Below the pieces are notes generated by a model that saw only the letters and a list, made by a program, of their open reading frames with translations, was not told where the DNA came from and searched no databases. Source: an uncultured Actinomycetes bacterium (GTDB lineage Bacteria > Actinomycetota > Thermoleophilia > Gaiellales > JAICJC01). Taken from it: a DNA stretch of 64,000 bases. Made by a program: the position numbers and the translations under genes. Below are positions 1 to 8,553 of this stretch, piece by piece (position 1 is the stretch's first letter; every line of letters begins with the position of its first letter). The stretch spans positions 386,545 through 450,544 of the forward strand of contig CAWDUU010000003.1 of NCBI GenBank assembly GCA_963805545.1, written 5' to 3'.

Positions 1-147
1 CGAATCAGCGCCGTAGTCGGCCTCCAGCTCCTCGGAGAGCTCGGGCGAGCCGGTTGCGGGCTGGACGTCCGCGGGCGCATGGCCCGAGCCCGCGAGCTTC
101 GGCCCGCGCGCGGTCAGACGATCCATCAGGCGATCCAGCCATCCCAT
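1..147 (-). CDS. Hypothetical protein, N-terminal fragment; the gene continues off the left edge
   Basis: ATG at 147-145 opens a frame that stays open to nt 1 (MGWLDRLMDRLTARGPKLAGSGHAPADVQ...). Third-position G/C is strongly enriched. It is absent from the ORF track because no stop lies in the window. Confidence 0.3.
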   Translation of the reverse strand, partial: MGWLDRLMDRLTARGPKLAGSGHAPADVQPATGSPELSEELEADYGADS

Positions 148-174
148 GCCGGACGAAGTCTACGCGCCGCCCGC

Positions 175-864
175 CTACCGCGGGTCGTCGCGGTCGATGT
201 TCCAGTGCCGCGCCGCCGACACGAGCCACCCGCCGTCGCCCGCGGCGGTCATCGAGAGACGGCTGACCGCGCGCTGGCCGCCCTCGTGGTCGCCGTACAG
301 GATGTCGATCACCAGCCGCTCGCCGGCGGCGATCGCCCCGGCGACCCGCGCGAACTCCTCGGCCTGCGGGTCGCGGAAGACGCCCTGCCAGAACCCCAGG
401 TCGCCGGGCGGCACGTAGATGTCGCGGGTCAGGCTGTGGAAGTCCTCGAGCGGCGGAGGCGGCCCGCCGCCCGGCTCGGGATTGAGTGAGAAGCGCCAGC
501 CGTGCAGGACCGCGATGCCCGTGCCCACGTTCCGCACCGACATCGCCAGGTAGACGGCCTCCGGAGTGGCCTCCGCCGCGCCGCGGCCGCCGTCGACCCG
601 CAAGAGCCGCCCGTCCACGAACCCCACCTTCTGCGGCGGGTCGTCGAGCCGCGACGGCATGAGGAGCGGCCGCAGGCCGGCCATGAGCGCGCGCTCCGCG
701 ACGCGGGCGGAGCGGTTGGACGACTTGACGGCCGAGAATGTCGCCGCTGCAAGTCCGAGCGTGCCGCCGGCCGTGGCGATCGACGAGATGGTCACCCAGT
801 CCGCCAAGCGGCCGAGTCTATCCGCGCGTGTCGCCCGTCGCCGCGCGGGGAATGGAGCAGCCAT
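175..864 (-). CDS. Hypothetical membrane-anchored protein
   Basis: Internal ATG of ORF 175..1098 (MAAPFPARRRATRADRLG...) is followed by one hydrophobic helix (WVTISSIATAGGTLGLAAATFSAV) and a globular C-terminus. The upstream 78 aa of the ORF are Ser/Ala/Pro low-complexity sequence. Confidence 0.5.
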   Translation of the reverse strand: MAAPFPARRRATRADRLGRLADWVTISSIATAGGTLGLAAATFSAVKSSNRSARVAERALMAGLRPLLMPSRLDDPPQKVGFVDGRLLRVDGGRGAAEATPEAVYLAMSVRNVGTGIAVLHGWRFSLNPEPGGGPPPPLEDFHSLTRDIYVPPGDLGFWQGVFRDPQAEEFARVAGAIAAGERLVIDILYGDHEGGQRAVSRLSMTAAGDGGWLVSAARHWNIDRDDPR

Positions 865-1135
865 GCCGAGAGTGAGACTCACCGCCGCCGGCCGGGGCGT
901 CGGCGCCTCCGGAGCGGACGACGGCTTCTCCGAGCTCGTTCGCACCGAGATCGCCCACGTCGCACCGGCGGCGCGGCCGGAGATCAGCATCGGAGCGGAC
1001 GACGCCGTGACCGTGACGGTGGAACTCGACCGCGGCGACCAGTCGGCGGTCGGCGAGCTCATGGAGCGGCTCCTCCAGGCACCGCGGATCGAGAGCACCG
1101 TGCTCGACGACGAGCCTGCCGCCGACGAGCGCTAA
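863..1135 (+). CDS. Small acidic hypothetical protein (90 aa)
   Basis: ATG at 863 lies inside ORF 566..1135. GC3 is high throughout, and the sequence is protein-like (FSELVRTEIAHVAPAARPEISIGADDAVTVTVELDRGDQSAVGELMERLL). It ends 19 nt before the GGDEF-EAL gene. Confidence 0.4.
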   Translation: MPRVRLTAAGRGVGASGADDGFSELVRTEIAHVAPAARPEISIGADDAVTVTVELDRGDQSAVGELMERLLQAPRIESTVLDDEPAADER

Positions 1136-1154
1136 ACCCGCGCGAATCCCCACC

Positions 1155-3152
1155 TTGCTGTATGCAGACCTCCCCGGCGCGGGCGAATTCCGGGATGTGT
1201 CGGTGCTCCCGAAATCCCCGCCTGCGCTGGTCCGGTCGTGGCGGCGCCGCTCGGCCGGAACCAGCGGGGACGGCGGGCTTGGCTTCGCCCTGCGGCTCCT
1301 GGCCGGGTTCGTCCTCACGCTCGCGCTGATCCAGTTCGCCGGCATCGCGATCATCGACCGCAACGCGAGCGACAGCCAGATCGAGCAGTACGCGGCGATG
1401 CAACGCAGCGACGTCCGCATCTTCGAGCGGCTCGGCCGCAGCGCGCTCACGGCCGATGTCGCCCTGCGCGAGATCGGCGAGGTGCTGCGGGTGCTCGGCC
1501 AGCGCCCGGGCACGCTCGATGCCAAGGTCTTCGACGGCCACGGTGTCGTGGTCGCGACCGGGTCCGGCGGCGGTCTGGGCTCGGTCGACGGCGACCCGCG
1601 GATCACGCGCGTCATCTCGACCGGCCGCGCCTACGCCGGCCACGAGGGCGATCCCAAGCTCGACCGGCGCGACTTCGAGTTCATCGCGCCGGTGCGGCTC
1701 CACTCCGGCCGCTACGCCTATGAGATCACGTACGACCATTCGACGCTGAACGGCGCGCTCGCGTCTGTGCGGCGAGCGCTCCTCGTCGTCGGCGGAGGCG
1801 GCCTCCTCGTCGGCGTCGTGCTCTTCTACCTGGTCGGCGGCCGCACGGTCATTCGCCGTCACAGAATGGCGCTGGCGCGCGCGACGCGCGACGGGATGAC
1901 CGACCTGCCGAACCAGCGGGCCTTCCACGACGAGCTGCCGCACGCGATCTCGGCGGCCGCCCGCTATGACGAGCCGCTCGCGCTCGCGGTGCTCGACATC
2001 GACGACTTCAAGTACCTGAACGACCGGTACGGCCATCCGCACGGCGACGCGGTGATCACCCGGGTCGCCGAGGTGCTGGACGACCGCCGTCCCAGCGACC
2101 GCGCGTACCGCATCGGGGGCGACGAGTTCGCAGCCGTCCTCCCGCACACCGACGGCGACGGCGTCCAGGCCCTCATGCGGCGTCTGGCGCGCCGCTTCGA
2201 CGACGCGGGCGTCAAGGTGAGCATCGGGCTCGCCTCGCTCCGGCCCGGGCAGTCGACGGCCGACTCGATGCGCGCGGAGGCCGACGCGGCCCTGTATGAG
2301 GCCAAGCGCCGCGGCGGCGGCCAGTTCGTCCACTACGAGGAGATCCGCGAGACCGTGGCCGTGACGACCGCCGGCACGAAGGCCGCCCTCCTGCGCCTGC
2401 TCGACGAGCGCGGCATCGACGTGCACTTCCAGCCGATCTGGAACCTCACGACCTGCGACCTGCTGGGGGTCGAGGCGCTGGCGCGGCCGCACGCGGACTA
2501 CGGCCTGGCCGGGCCGTACGAGGCCTTCGACGTCGCCGAGCAGCTGGGCCGGACGCATGAGCTCGACGAGCTGTGCGTGGCGCGCGCCCTCTCGGAGGCC
2601 CACCGGCTGCCCCGCGGCGCGGCGCTCTTCGTGAACGTCTGCCCGCAGACGCTCGATCTCGACGCGGACACGAACGACTGGTTCCTGGCGGCCGTCCGGC
2701 GCGCCGGGCTGAAGCCCGAGCAGGTGGTCGTGGAGGTCACCGAGCGCTTCGGCGGCCGGGCCGCGTCGGTGGTGAAGTGCCTGCGGCGGATGAAGGCCCA
2801 GGGTTTCCGCATCGCCCTCGACGACGTCGGCACGGGCAACTCGGGGCTGGCGATGCTCCGCGACGTCGGCGCCGACTACCTCAAGATCGACCGCGGTATC
2901 ATCTCCGCCTCTGCGACCGAGCCCGCCGCCCGGGCCGTGCTCCTGGCGATGGCGACCTTCGCCGACAGAACGGGCGCGACCGTGATCGCCGAGGGCATCG
3001 AGGATCTCGAGACGCTCGAGTACCTGCGCAGCCTCGACCGCAACGAGCTCACCGAAAGCGCGATGATCCAGGCGGGGCAGGGCTACCAGCTCGGCCGGCC
3101 GTCGCCGCTCATGCCGTCGGCCAGGCTGGACGGCGTTCCCCGAGCCGCCTGA
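1155..3152 (+). CDS. Membrane-bound diguanylate cyclase/phosphodiesterase (GGDEF-EAL)
   Basis: There are two TM segments flanking a sensor region. The GGDEF domain shows DIDDFKYLNDRYGHPHGD and RIGGDEFA. The EAL domain shows FQPIW..GVEALAR, EVTE, DDVGTGNSG, KIDR, AEGIE and QGYQLGRP. Confidence 0.9.
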   Translation: MLYADLPGAGEFRDVSVLPKSPPALVRSWRRRSAGTSGDGGLGFALRLLAGFVLTLALIQFAGIAIIDRNASDSQIEQYAAMQRSDVRIFERLGRSALTADVALREIGEVLRVLGQRPGTLDAKVFDGHGVVVATGSGGGLGSVDGDPRITRVISTGRAYAGHEGDPKLDRRDFEFIAPVRLHSGRYAYEITYDHSTLNGALASVRRALLVVGGGGLLVGVVLFYLVGGRTVIRRHRMALARATRDGMTDLPNQRAFHDELPHAISAAARYDEPLALAVLDIDDFKYLNDRYGHPHGDAVITRVAEVLDDRRPSDRAYRIGGDEFAAVLPHTDGDGVQALMRRLARRFDDAGVKVSIGLASLRPGQSTADSMRAEADAALYEAKRRGGGQFVHYEEIRETVAVTTAGTKAALLRLLDERGIDVHFQPIWNLTTCDLLGVEALARPHADYGLAGPYEAFDVAEQLGRTHELDELCVARALSEAHRLPRGAALFVNVCPQTLDLDADTNDWFLAAVRRAGLKPEQVVVEVTERFGGRAASVVKCLRRMKAQGFRIALDDVGTGNSGLAMLRDVGADYLKIDRGIISASATEPAARAVLLAMATFADRTGATVIAEGIEDLETLEYLRSLDRNELTESAMIQAGQGYQLGRPSPLMPSARLDGVPRAA

Positions 3153-3200
3153 GGAGAGCAGACGCTGGGCCCGGGCGGGTGCGGGTATGCTCGGTACGCA

Positions 3201-3527
3201 ATGGATCGGGAGGGGCTTCGGCAGGAGCGGCTGGTGAAGAACGAGCAGGCTGCGCGTGCCTACAACAACCGCCGCCTCACGTTCGAGCTGGAGGACGACA
3301 CCGGCGACGATGACGAGAACGTGCCCTTCCTGTGCGAGTGCGGCGATGAGAGCTGCGCCGAGGCGATGGAGATGAGCCCCGACGACTTCATCGCCGTCCA
3401 CTCGGCGCCCAACCGGTTCGCCGTCGTCCCGGGGCACGTGGAGGGCGACGTGGAGTGGGTGGTCGAGACCGGGGAGAGGTACTGGGTCGTCGAGAAGCGT
3501 CCCTCTGCGATGGCATCGGCGGAATGA
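3201..3527 (+). CDS. Conserved-looking hypothetical protein with a CxC..C motif
   Basis: The composition is protein-like (FLCECGDESCAEAMEMSPDDFIAVHSAPNRFAVVPGHV). It lies 48 nt upstream of the HATPase gene on the same strand. Confidence 0.6.
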   Translation: MDREGLRQERLVKNEQAARAYNNRRLTFELEDDTGDDDENVPFLCECGDESCAEAMEMSPDDFIAVHSAPNRFAVVPGHVEGDVEWVVETGERYWVVEKRPSAMASAE

Positions 3528-3575
3528 CCGCCTGATCGGTTTCCCACACCGCCGCCGGGGGAAGGTTCCAGGGCG

Positions 3576-3986
3576 GTGGGTACAGGGACCTGGAATCTCG
3601 CGGTGCGCCTGCCGGGCGAGCCGGCCAGCGTTCCCTGCGCGCGGCATCTGGTCCGCGACCTTCTCGCCCGCACCCACCACGATCCGGCCCACCATCCGGG
3701 CGTCCTCCTTTCGGTCTCGGAGGCATGCACCAACGCCGTGGTGCACGCATATCCGGAAGCGGCGGGCGAGGTCGACCTCGCCGCCCGGATCGAGGGAACC
3801 GAGCTGCGGGTGACGGTCCGCGACTTCGGCGTGGGGCCGGCATCACGGCCGCGCGCCCCCGGCCAGGGCTACGGGATGCTCCTCATCCAGGCGCACGTGG
3901 TCGACCTCGACCTTCGCGCCTGCGACCCGGGCACCGAGATCACGATGACGTTCGACCTCTCGCCGCCGCAGGCCGACGATCAATAG
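3576..3986 (+). CDS. RsbW/SpoIIAB-like anti-sigma factor kinase (HATPase_c_2 type)
   Basis: The size is 136 aa. It shows an N-box-like SEACTNAVVHAY and a G-box-like VRDFGVGP...GQGYGMLLI, which is typical of single-domain serine-kinase anti-sigma factors. Confidence 0.75.
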   Translation: MGTGTWNLAVRLPGEPASVPCARHLVRDLLARTHHDPAHHPGVLLSVSEACTNAVVHAYPEAAGEVDLAARIEGTELRVTVRDFGVGPASRPRAPGQGYGMLLIQAHVVDLDLRACDPGTEITMTFDLSPPQADDQ

Positions 3987-4435
3987 CGGCGCAGGGTGAG
4001 CACAGCCGGGAGGCGGTTGTACATCATCACGCCGAGGGGCAGTCCGAGCACGGTCACGCAGAGGAGCCACGCGACCGCCGACCAGACCGCCCCGAGCCAC
4101 CACCCGACGAGGACGAAGTAGACCGCTCGGCCGAGGAATGCGCGCTGGGGGACGCGCGAGTCGGTGATGTGGGTGATTCCATCCTGCTCCTGGTGTGTCG
4201 TCCGGATGGTTCTCGGCCGCAGCGTGAGCACGGTCGGCAGCCGGTTGAAGATCATGAACGCGACCGGCAGCCCGATCACGGTGAGCGCTATGAGGTACGC
4301 GACGACGTTGACGATCCCGGTCAGCCACCAGCCGACGAAGACGAACCAGAGGGTGCGCACGACGAGGCCCGGACCGTCACTGCGCTTTGCGACGACGACG
4401 CGCGGCGTGTCGGGCGGCGGGGCGGCGGGGCTCAC
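3980..4435 (-). CDS. yccF: YccF-family inner membrane protein (two DUF307 repeats)
   Basis: An internal duplication is visible: FVFVGWWLTG...GLPVAFMIFNRLPTVLTLRP versus FVLVGWWLGA...GLPLGVMMYNRLPAVLTLRR. Confidence 0.8.
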   Translation of the reverse strand: MSPAAPPPDTPRVVVAKRSDGPGLVVRTLWFVFVGWWLTGIVNVVAYLIALTVIGLPVAFMIFNRLPTVLTLRPRTIRTTHQEQDGITHITDSRVPQRAFLGRAVYFVLVGWWLGAVWSAVAWLLCVTVLGLPLGVMMYNRLPAVLTLRRY

Positions 4436-4476
4436 GTGTCAGCCCCGTGCCGCACGGTCCAAGAACGCCCGCACCG

Positions 4477-5847
4477 CTACGGCGTGGCGTCGATCACGCT
4501 GAGCGGGAGCGGCGTGGCTCCGAGGCAGTTCTCGCGCGCGGTCGTCGTCTGACCCTGATAGAGCGACGCGTTGTCGAAGACCGCGCACGTCCCGCCCACG
4601 GCCTCGATCAGCGAGCGGGCGGTCGACGAATGGTCGTACACCGTCGCCGTGTCGGTGCAGCCGGTCGCCGGCATCGGGTCGCAGCCCGGCGCGGCCAGCG
4701 TGCCCGGGGTGCCGGCCGCGTTCTGTCCGGGCACGATCGCCGTGAAGATGGGCGCGACGATGCCCGCGCCGTCGGCCGTCCGGCCCTCGTCGAACGTCAC
4801 GATGACGACACCGTTTCGGCCGACGTCACGGCGCAGGCCGTCGAGGTTGAGCTGGAGCCAGCGGTCCATCCCCTCGATGCCGCCGCGGCCGTCCCCGGGC
4901 CCTCCGCCGCACGCCCGGTCGGAGTTGTGGCCGGAGTGGCACATGCTCGGCACGATGAAGTTGACGCGGCCGAAGGTCTCGTTCCCGGTGAAGTTGCGCT
5001 GGGCGGCGGTCGTCGAGTTCGGCACGTTCCCCGGGAAGTCGCGCACGTGCGCCTCGCAGGCCGCCGGACCGGGCTGCGTCGCCGGGCTGAGGTCGGGAGC
5101 GCCGCCGGGCCCGTCGTTCACGACGAGGGCGTCGGGCGACTGGCTCCACGTGAGGAGCAGCGGGCTGTGCTTGCGCGCGTAGAACATCGGCATGCCGGCG
5201 GAGCGGTCGGGGATGTCCGAGAAGCGGTCGGTCGAGCAACTCGCCGGGCCGCCCGGATAGTCCTCCTGGTAGACCTCGAACGGCACCGCGTTCGCCTCCA
5301 TGTATCCGAACAGGTCGTAGACCGGCCCCGAGGTGTCGTTGTGGCCGGGCGCGTAGCCGACGATGCCGCCCTCCGGACCGTCCTTGAACAGGCCGCTCGG
5401 GAAGTCGCCGTCGCGCACGTTGGCGTCGGTGCCCATCACCATCCACGCGTACTCGGGCGCCGAGGCCCGGATCCGGAATCCGAGCACGTTTCGGTACGAC
5501 TGGAACATGCCCGACCGGCACGGCTTGAGCGCCACGCCGGCGACGTCACCCGCCGGGTGGTCGCAGCCCGCCGGGGTCGGGACGAGCGAGAGCGACTCGG
5601 GGATGATCGTGCCGTTCGTGAACGGCGCGGCCGGGTTGCCGACGACGAAGCGGGAGCCGGTCAGGCTGCCGTCGTAGTCCTTGTTCTCGAACACCACGAC
5701 CGCGATCTTCCCCGGAGCGATCGCCGGGCCGGCCGCGGCGGGAGCGGCGCCTGCCGACGCAGGGAGCGCGGCGCAGACGACCGCCGCGACCGCCGCCGCG
5801 CACATCGACCGCCACGACGCCCGTCCACCGGTGTGCCCATTCACCAT
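4477..5847 (-). CDS. Secreted phosphoesterase-family protein (AcpA / phospholipase C-like)
   Basis: It has a signal-peptide-like N-terminus. Phosphoesterase-like motifs are IAVVVFENKDYD, FIVPSMCHSGHN and VVIVTFDEG. The start is chosen at the second Met; ORF-track start 5868 and Met 5805 are alternatives. Confidence 0.7.
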   Translation of the reverse strand: MVNGHTGGRASWRSMCAAAVAAVVCAALPASAGAAPAAAGPAIAPGKIAVVVFENKDYDGSLTGSRFVVGNPAAPFTNGTIIPESLSLVPTPAGCDHPAGDVAGVALKPCRSGMFQSYRNVLGFRIRASAPEYAWMVMGTDANVRDGDFPSGLFKDGPEGGIVGYAPGHNDTSGPVYDLFGYMEANAVPFEVYQEDYPGGPASCSTDRFSDIPDRSAGMPMFYARKHSPLLLTWSQSPDALVVNDGPGGAPDLSPATQPGPAACEAHVRDFPGNVPNSTTAAQRNFTGNETFGRVNFIVPSMCHSGHNSDRACGGGPGDGRGGIEGMDRWLQLNLDGLRRDVGRNGVVIVTFDEGRTADGAGIVAPIFTAIVPGQNAAGTPGTLAAPGCDPMPATGCTDTATVYDHSSTARSLIEAVGGTCAVFDNASLYQGQTTTARENCLGATPLPLSVIDATP

Positions 5848-5924
5848 AGCGAGGCACACGATACACAAGACCGGCGACGGTTCGCGACCCGGGACAGGCC
5901 GCGGCTATCATCGCGCCGATTCCC

Positions 5925-6215
5925 GTGCCGCTCTTCAAGCGCCCCAACCGCCCCACGCTGAAGCCCCGCCGCGCCCGGCCCGAGGTCGGCCCCGGCGACC
6001 GGGTTCGGATCGTTGCCGGGTACAGCCCCCAGCACGGCCAGTCCGGCACCGTCGTGCGTGTGACGGGCCGCAGCGTCGTCGTCGAGCTCGACCAGCCGTT
6101 CGCCGTCGCCGGCGCGAGCCAGCGGCTCTACTACAGCTACGCCGGCGAGCTCGAGCCGTACGCCCGGGTCGGGCGCATGGGCGCCCAGGACCTCTTCGCC
6201 GACGACGAGGAGTAA
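5925..6215 (+). CDS. Small hypothetical protein with a KOW-like segment
   Basis: GDRVRIVAGYSPQHGQSGTVVRVTGRSVVVEL resembles a KOW/SH3-like barrel. The C-terminus is acidic. Confidence 0.5.
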   Translation: MPLFKRPNRPTLKPRRARPEVGPGDRVRIVAGYSPQHGQSGTVVRVTGRSVVVELDQPFAVAGASQRLYYSYAGELEPYARVGRMGAQDLFADDEE

Positions 6216-6219
6216 GCGG

Positions 6220-6945
6220 CTACTCGCCGGCCGGGAACTTGTACGACTTCGCCGGCTTGAAATTCGCGGGCGGCGTGCCCTCGAGGAGCGTGATCGCCAT
6301 GTGCGACTGGAGCACGAGCCGGCCGAACGCCGTCGACGGCTTGCCGTTCACCCACATCTTGACGCCGTTGCAGTAGCCCCCGATGCACCTGGGGCTGAGG
6401 TACACGCCCCACATGTCGAAGACGTCGGCGAGGCTCGCCCGGAACGACGTGTCACCCGACTCGATGTGGATGACCCCGGTGTCGTCGTGGGTGTGCACCT
6501 CCGAGAACGTCCCCGCTCCCGAGTCGAGCCCGATCTGGGCGGGGATGGGCACCTCATGCCCTTCCACCACAACCTGGATGTGGACGTGGTAGTGGTTGAC
6601 CGACGCCATCTCCTGGGTCGCGGTGAGGCCGAGCGCAGACATCGCCCCGGCCAGGTTGGTGTAGTTCACCGGCCATGTGCCCGCCGAGACGAAATCGACC
6701 GGGTCGTGGCTGAGGCGCGACGTGACGACCTCGGCGGTCGGGTCCCCGCCGCCGCTCGACCCGCCGCCCCCGCGCGCGACCAGGGCGACCCCGATGATTG
6801 CGGCGGCCGCGACGACCGAGCCGGCGACGAGCCAGGCCCAGCCGGGGACGCCGCCGCCCTTCGGCCGGCTGGGGGCGATGCCCTCGCCCGTGCCGAGCCG
6901 GCGCGCGCGGCGCTCGTTCGTGAGCTGCTTCTTGGCCTTCCCCAT
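6220..6945 (-). CDS. Membrane-anchored extracytoplasmic His-rich hypothetical protein
   Basis: The internal ATG (MGKAKKQLTNERRARR) is followed by one TM helix and a Gly/Ser linker. The domain carries NHYHVHIQVVVEGHEVPIPAQIG and EVHTHDDTGVIHIE. The N-terminal 120 aa of the track ORF are Arg/His/Pro junk. Confidence 0.6.
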   Translation of the reverse strand: MGKAKKQLTNERRARRLGTGEGIAPSRPKGGGVPGWAWLVAGSVVAAAAIIGVALVARGGGGSSGGGDPTAEVVTSRLSHDPVDFVSAGTWPVNYTNLAGAMSALGLTATQEMASVNHYHVHIQVVVEGHEVPIPAQIGLDSGAGTFSEVHTHDDTGVIHIESGDTSFRASLADVFDMWGVYLSPRCIGGYCNGVKMWVNGKPSTAFGRLVLQSHMAITLLEGTPPANFKPAKSYKFPAGE

Positions 6946-7002
6946 CGGCGGCGCATGATACCGGCGGCGGCCTCCGGCCCGGCCCGCGTATATTGGCGCT
7001 CG

Positions 7003-7407
7003 ATGGGCACCTGGGCGCTCGTGCGGTTCCTCCACGTCGCGGCGGCGGCCACGTGGCTCGGCATGCAGGTCGCGCTCTTCCTGCTCGTCCCCGCGCTGCG
7101 GCGCATGCTGCCGGCGGAGCAGGTGCGCGAGGTGGTGCGGGCCGCAGGTATGCGGCTCGCGATCGTCGCCGGGGTGGCGCTGCCGACGATCGCCGTCACC
7201 GGCGTGGCCCTCGGGCGGCACGAGCCGGCCGCGGCCGCGCACCCGGGCGTCGTGCACCTGAAGCAGGCGATTCTCGTCGCGGTCGTGGCCGTCCTGCTCG
7301 GGCACGGGCTCGTGCCGGGCCGCCGAGCGCGCATCGCGGCGTCCGTCCTCATGCTCGTTCTCACGCTGGTGGCGGTCTATGCCGGGGCATGGCTGGCGGC
7401 CGAATGA
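7003..7407 (+). CDS. Small integral membrane protein (CopD/DUF4149-like, 4 TM)
   Basis: The ATG at 7003 is in frame with ORF 6301..7407. VRFLHVAAAATWLGMQVALFLLVP and three further hydrophobic helices are present. Confidence 0.6.
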   Translation: MGTWALVRFLHVAAAATWLGMQVALFLLVPALRRMLPAEQVREVVRAAGMRLAIVAGVALPTIAVTGVALGRHEPAAAAHPGVVHLKQAILVAVVAVLLGHGLVPGRRARIAASVLMLVLTLVAVYAGAWLAAE

Positions 7408-7574
7408 GCGAGCCCGCCGCCCCCGAGCCGGCCGTCCGGTTCTGCCCGTATTGTGGGAACGCGCTCGGCTCGTTCTTCGGCCACCGCATGGCCGACGGGG
7501 CGTGCTGGTGCGAGCGTTGCCAGGAATCTTTCCGGGTATCCGGCGTTAAAGAAGATGAGGCACCCGAAGAGTGA
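7404..7574 (+). CDS. Small zinc-ribbon protein (56 aa)
   Basis: CPYCGN...CWCERC forms a CxxC...CxCxxC pattern. Its ATG overlaps the upstream stop (ATGA), and its stop overlaps the GTG of trxB (GTGA). Confidence 0.5.
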   Translation: MSEPAAPEPAVRFCPYCGNALGSFFGHRMADGACWCERCQESFRVSGVKEDEAPEE

Positions 7575-8545
7575 GTGAGGAGCACATGAACGACGTCCGA
7601 GAGCTGATCGTGATCGGCGGCGGGCCGGCCGGCTACACGGCCGCGCTGTACGCCGCCCGCGCCAACCTGAACCCGCTCGTGATCGAGGGGTTCGCGTTCG
7701 GCGGCCAGCTCATGATCACGTCCGATGTCGAGAACTACCCCGGATTCCGCGACGGCATCATGGGGCCCGAGCTGATGGCGACAATGCGCGCCCAGGCGGA
7801 GCGGTTCGGGGCCGTGATGCTGTCCGACGACGTCACCCGCGTCGATTTCTCGGAGCGGCCGTTCCGCGTCTACGTCGGCGACGACGAGTACCGCGCGAGG
7901 GCCGTGGTCGTCGCGACCGGCGCCACCGCGCGCCAGCTCGGCCTCGAGAGCGAGGTCGCGCTCCAGGGTCGCGGTGTGAGCTACTGCGCCGTCTGCGACG
8001 CCGCCTTCTTCAAGGGCCAGGACGTCGTGGTCGTCGGCGGCGGCGACTCGGCGCTCGAGGAGGCCACGTTCCTCGCCAAGTTCGCCCGCCACGTGAGCCT
8101 CGTGCACCGCCGCGACGAGTTCCGCGGCTCGGCCATCATGGTCGACTACGCGAGGACGAAGGAGAACGTCGAGTTCGTCTTCAACACGGTCGTCACCGAG
8201 GTCCTGGGCGAGGACGGGAAGATGACCGGCGTGCGGCTGCGCGACACGGTCACCGGCGAGGAGCGCGAGCTCGCCGCCGGCGGCCTCTTCGTCGCGATCG
8301 GACACGACCCCACGACCGGCCTCTTCAAGGACGTGCTCGACATGGACTCCGAGGGCTACCTGCTCACCCGCGGCGGCTCGACCGAGACCAACATCGAGGG
8401 CGTCTTCGCGGCGGGCGACGTGGTCGACCACATCTACCGCCAGGCCGTGACCGCCGCCGGCATGGGCTGCATGGCGGCGCTCGACGCCGAGCGGTGGCTG
8501 TCGCACGCCCACGGCGCGGCGGCGACGGCCGAAGCGGCGGTCTGA
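7571..8545 (+). CDS. trxB: Thioredoxin-disulfide reductase
   Basis: It has the FAD motif VIGGGPAGYTAALYAAR, the redox-active CAVCD, and the NADPH motif VVGGGDSALEEATFL. An alternative ATG start lies at 7586. Confidence 0.95.
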   Translation: MSEEHMNDVRELIVIGGGPAGYTAALYAARANLNPLVIEGFAFGGQLMITSDVENYPGFRDGIMGPELMATMRAQAERFGAVMLSDDVTRVDFSERPFRVYVGDDEYRARAVVVATGATARQLGLESEVALQGRGVSYCAVCDAAFFKGQDVVVVGGGDSALEEATFLAKFARHVSLVHRRDEFRGSAIMVDYARTKENVEFVFNTVVTEVLGEDGKMTGVRLRDTVTGEERELAAGGLFVAIGHDPTTGLFKDVLDMDSEGYLLTRGGSTETNIEGVFAAGDVVDHIYRQAVTAAGMGCMAALDAERWLSHAHGAAATAEAAV

Positions 8546-8553
8546 GTCCGAGC

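Noticed and set aside
1059-3746. An 895 aa minus-strand ORF antisense to the GGDEF-EAL gene. Similar giants occur at 10696..14190(+), 13917..18863(+), 21294..23837(+), 30458..32755(+), 39912..42470(+), 42316..44184(+), 43472..45967(+), 52214..55231(-) and 62463..63920(-).
   Set aside because: All are Arg/Gly/Pro/Ala/Asp-rich with no recognisable motifs, and all lie exactly opposite genes with clear family signatures. Long stop-free antisense frames are expected at this GC content.
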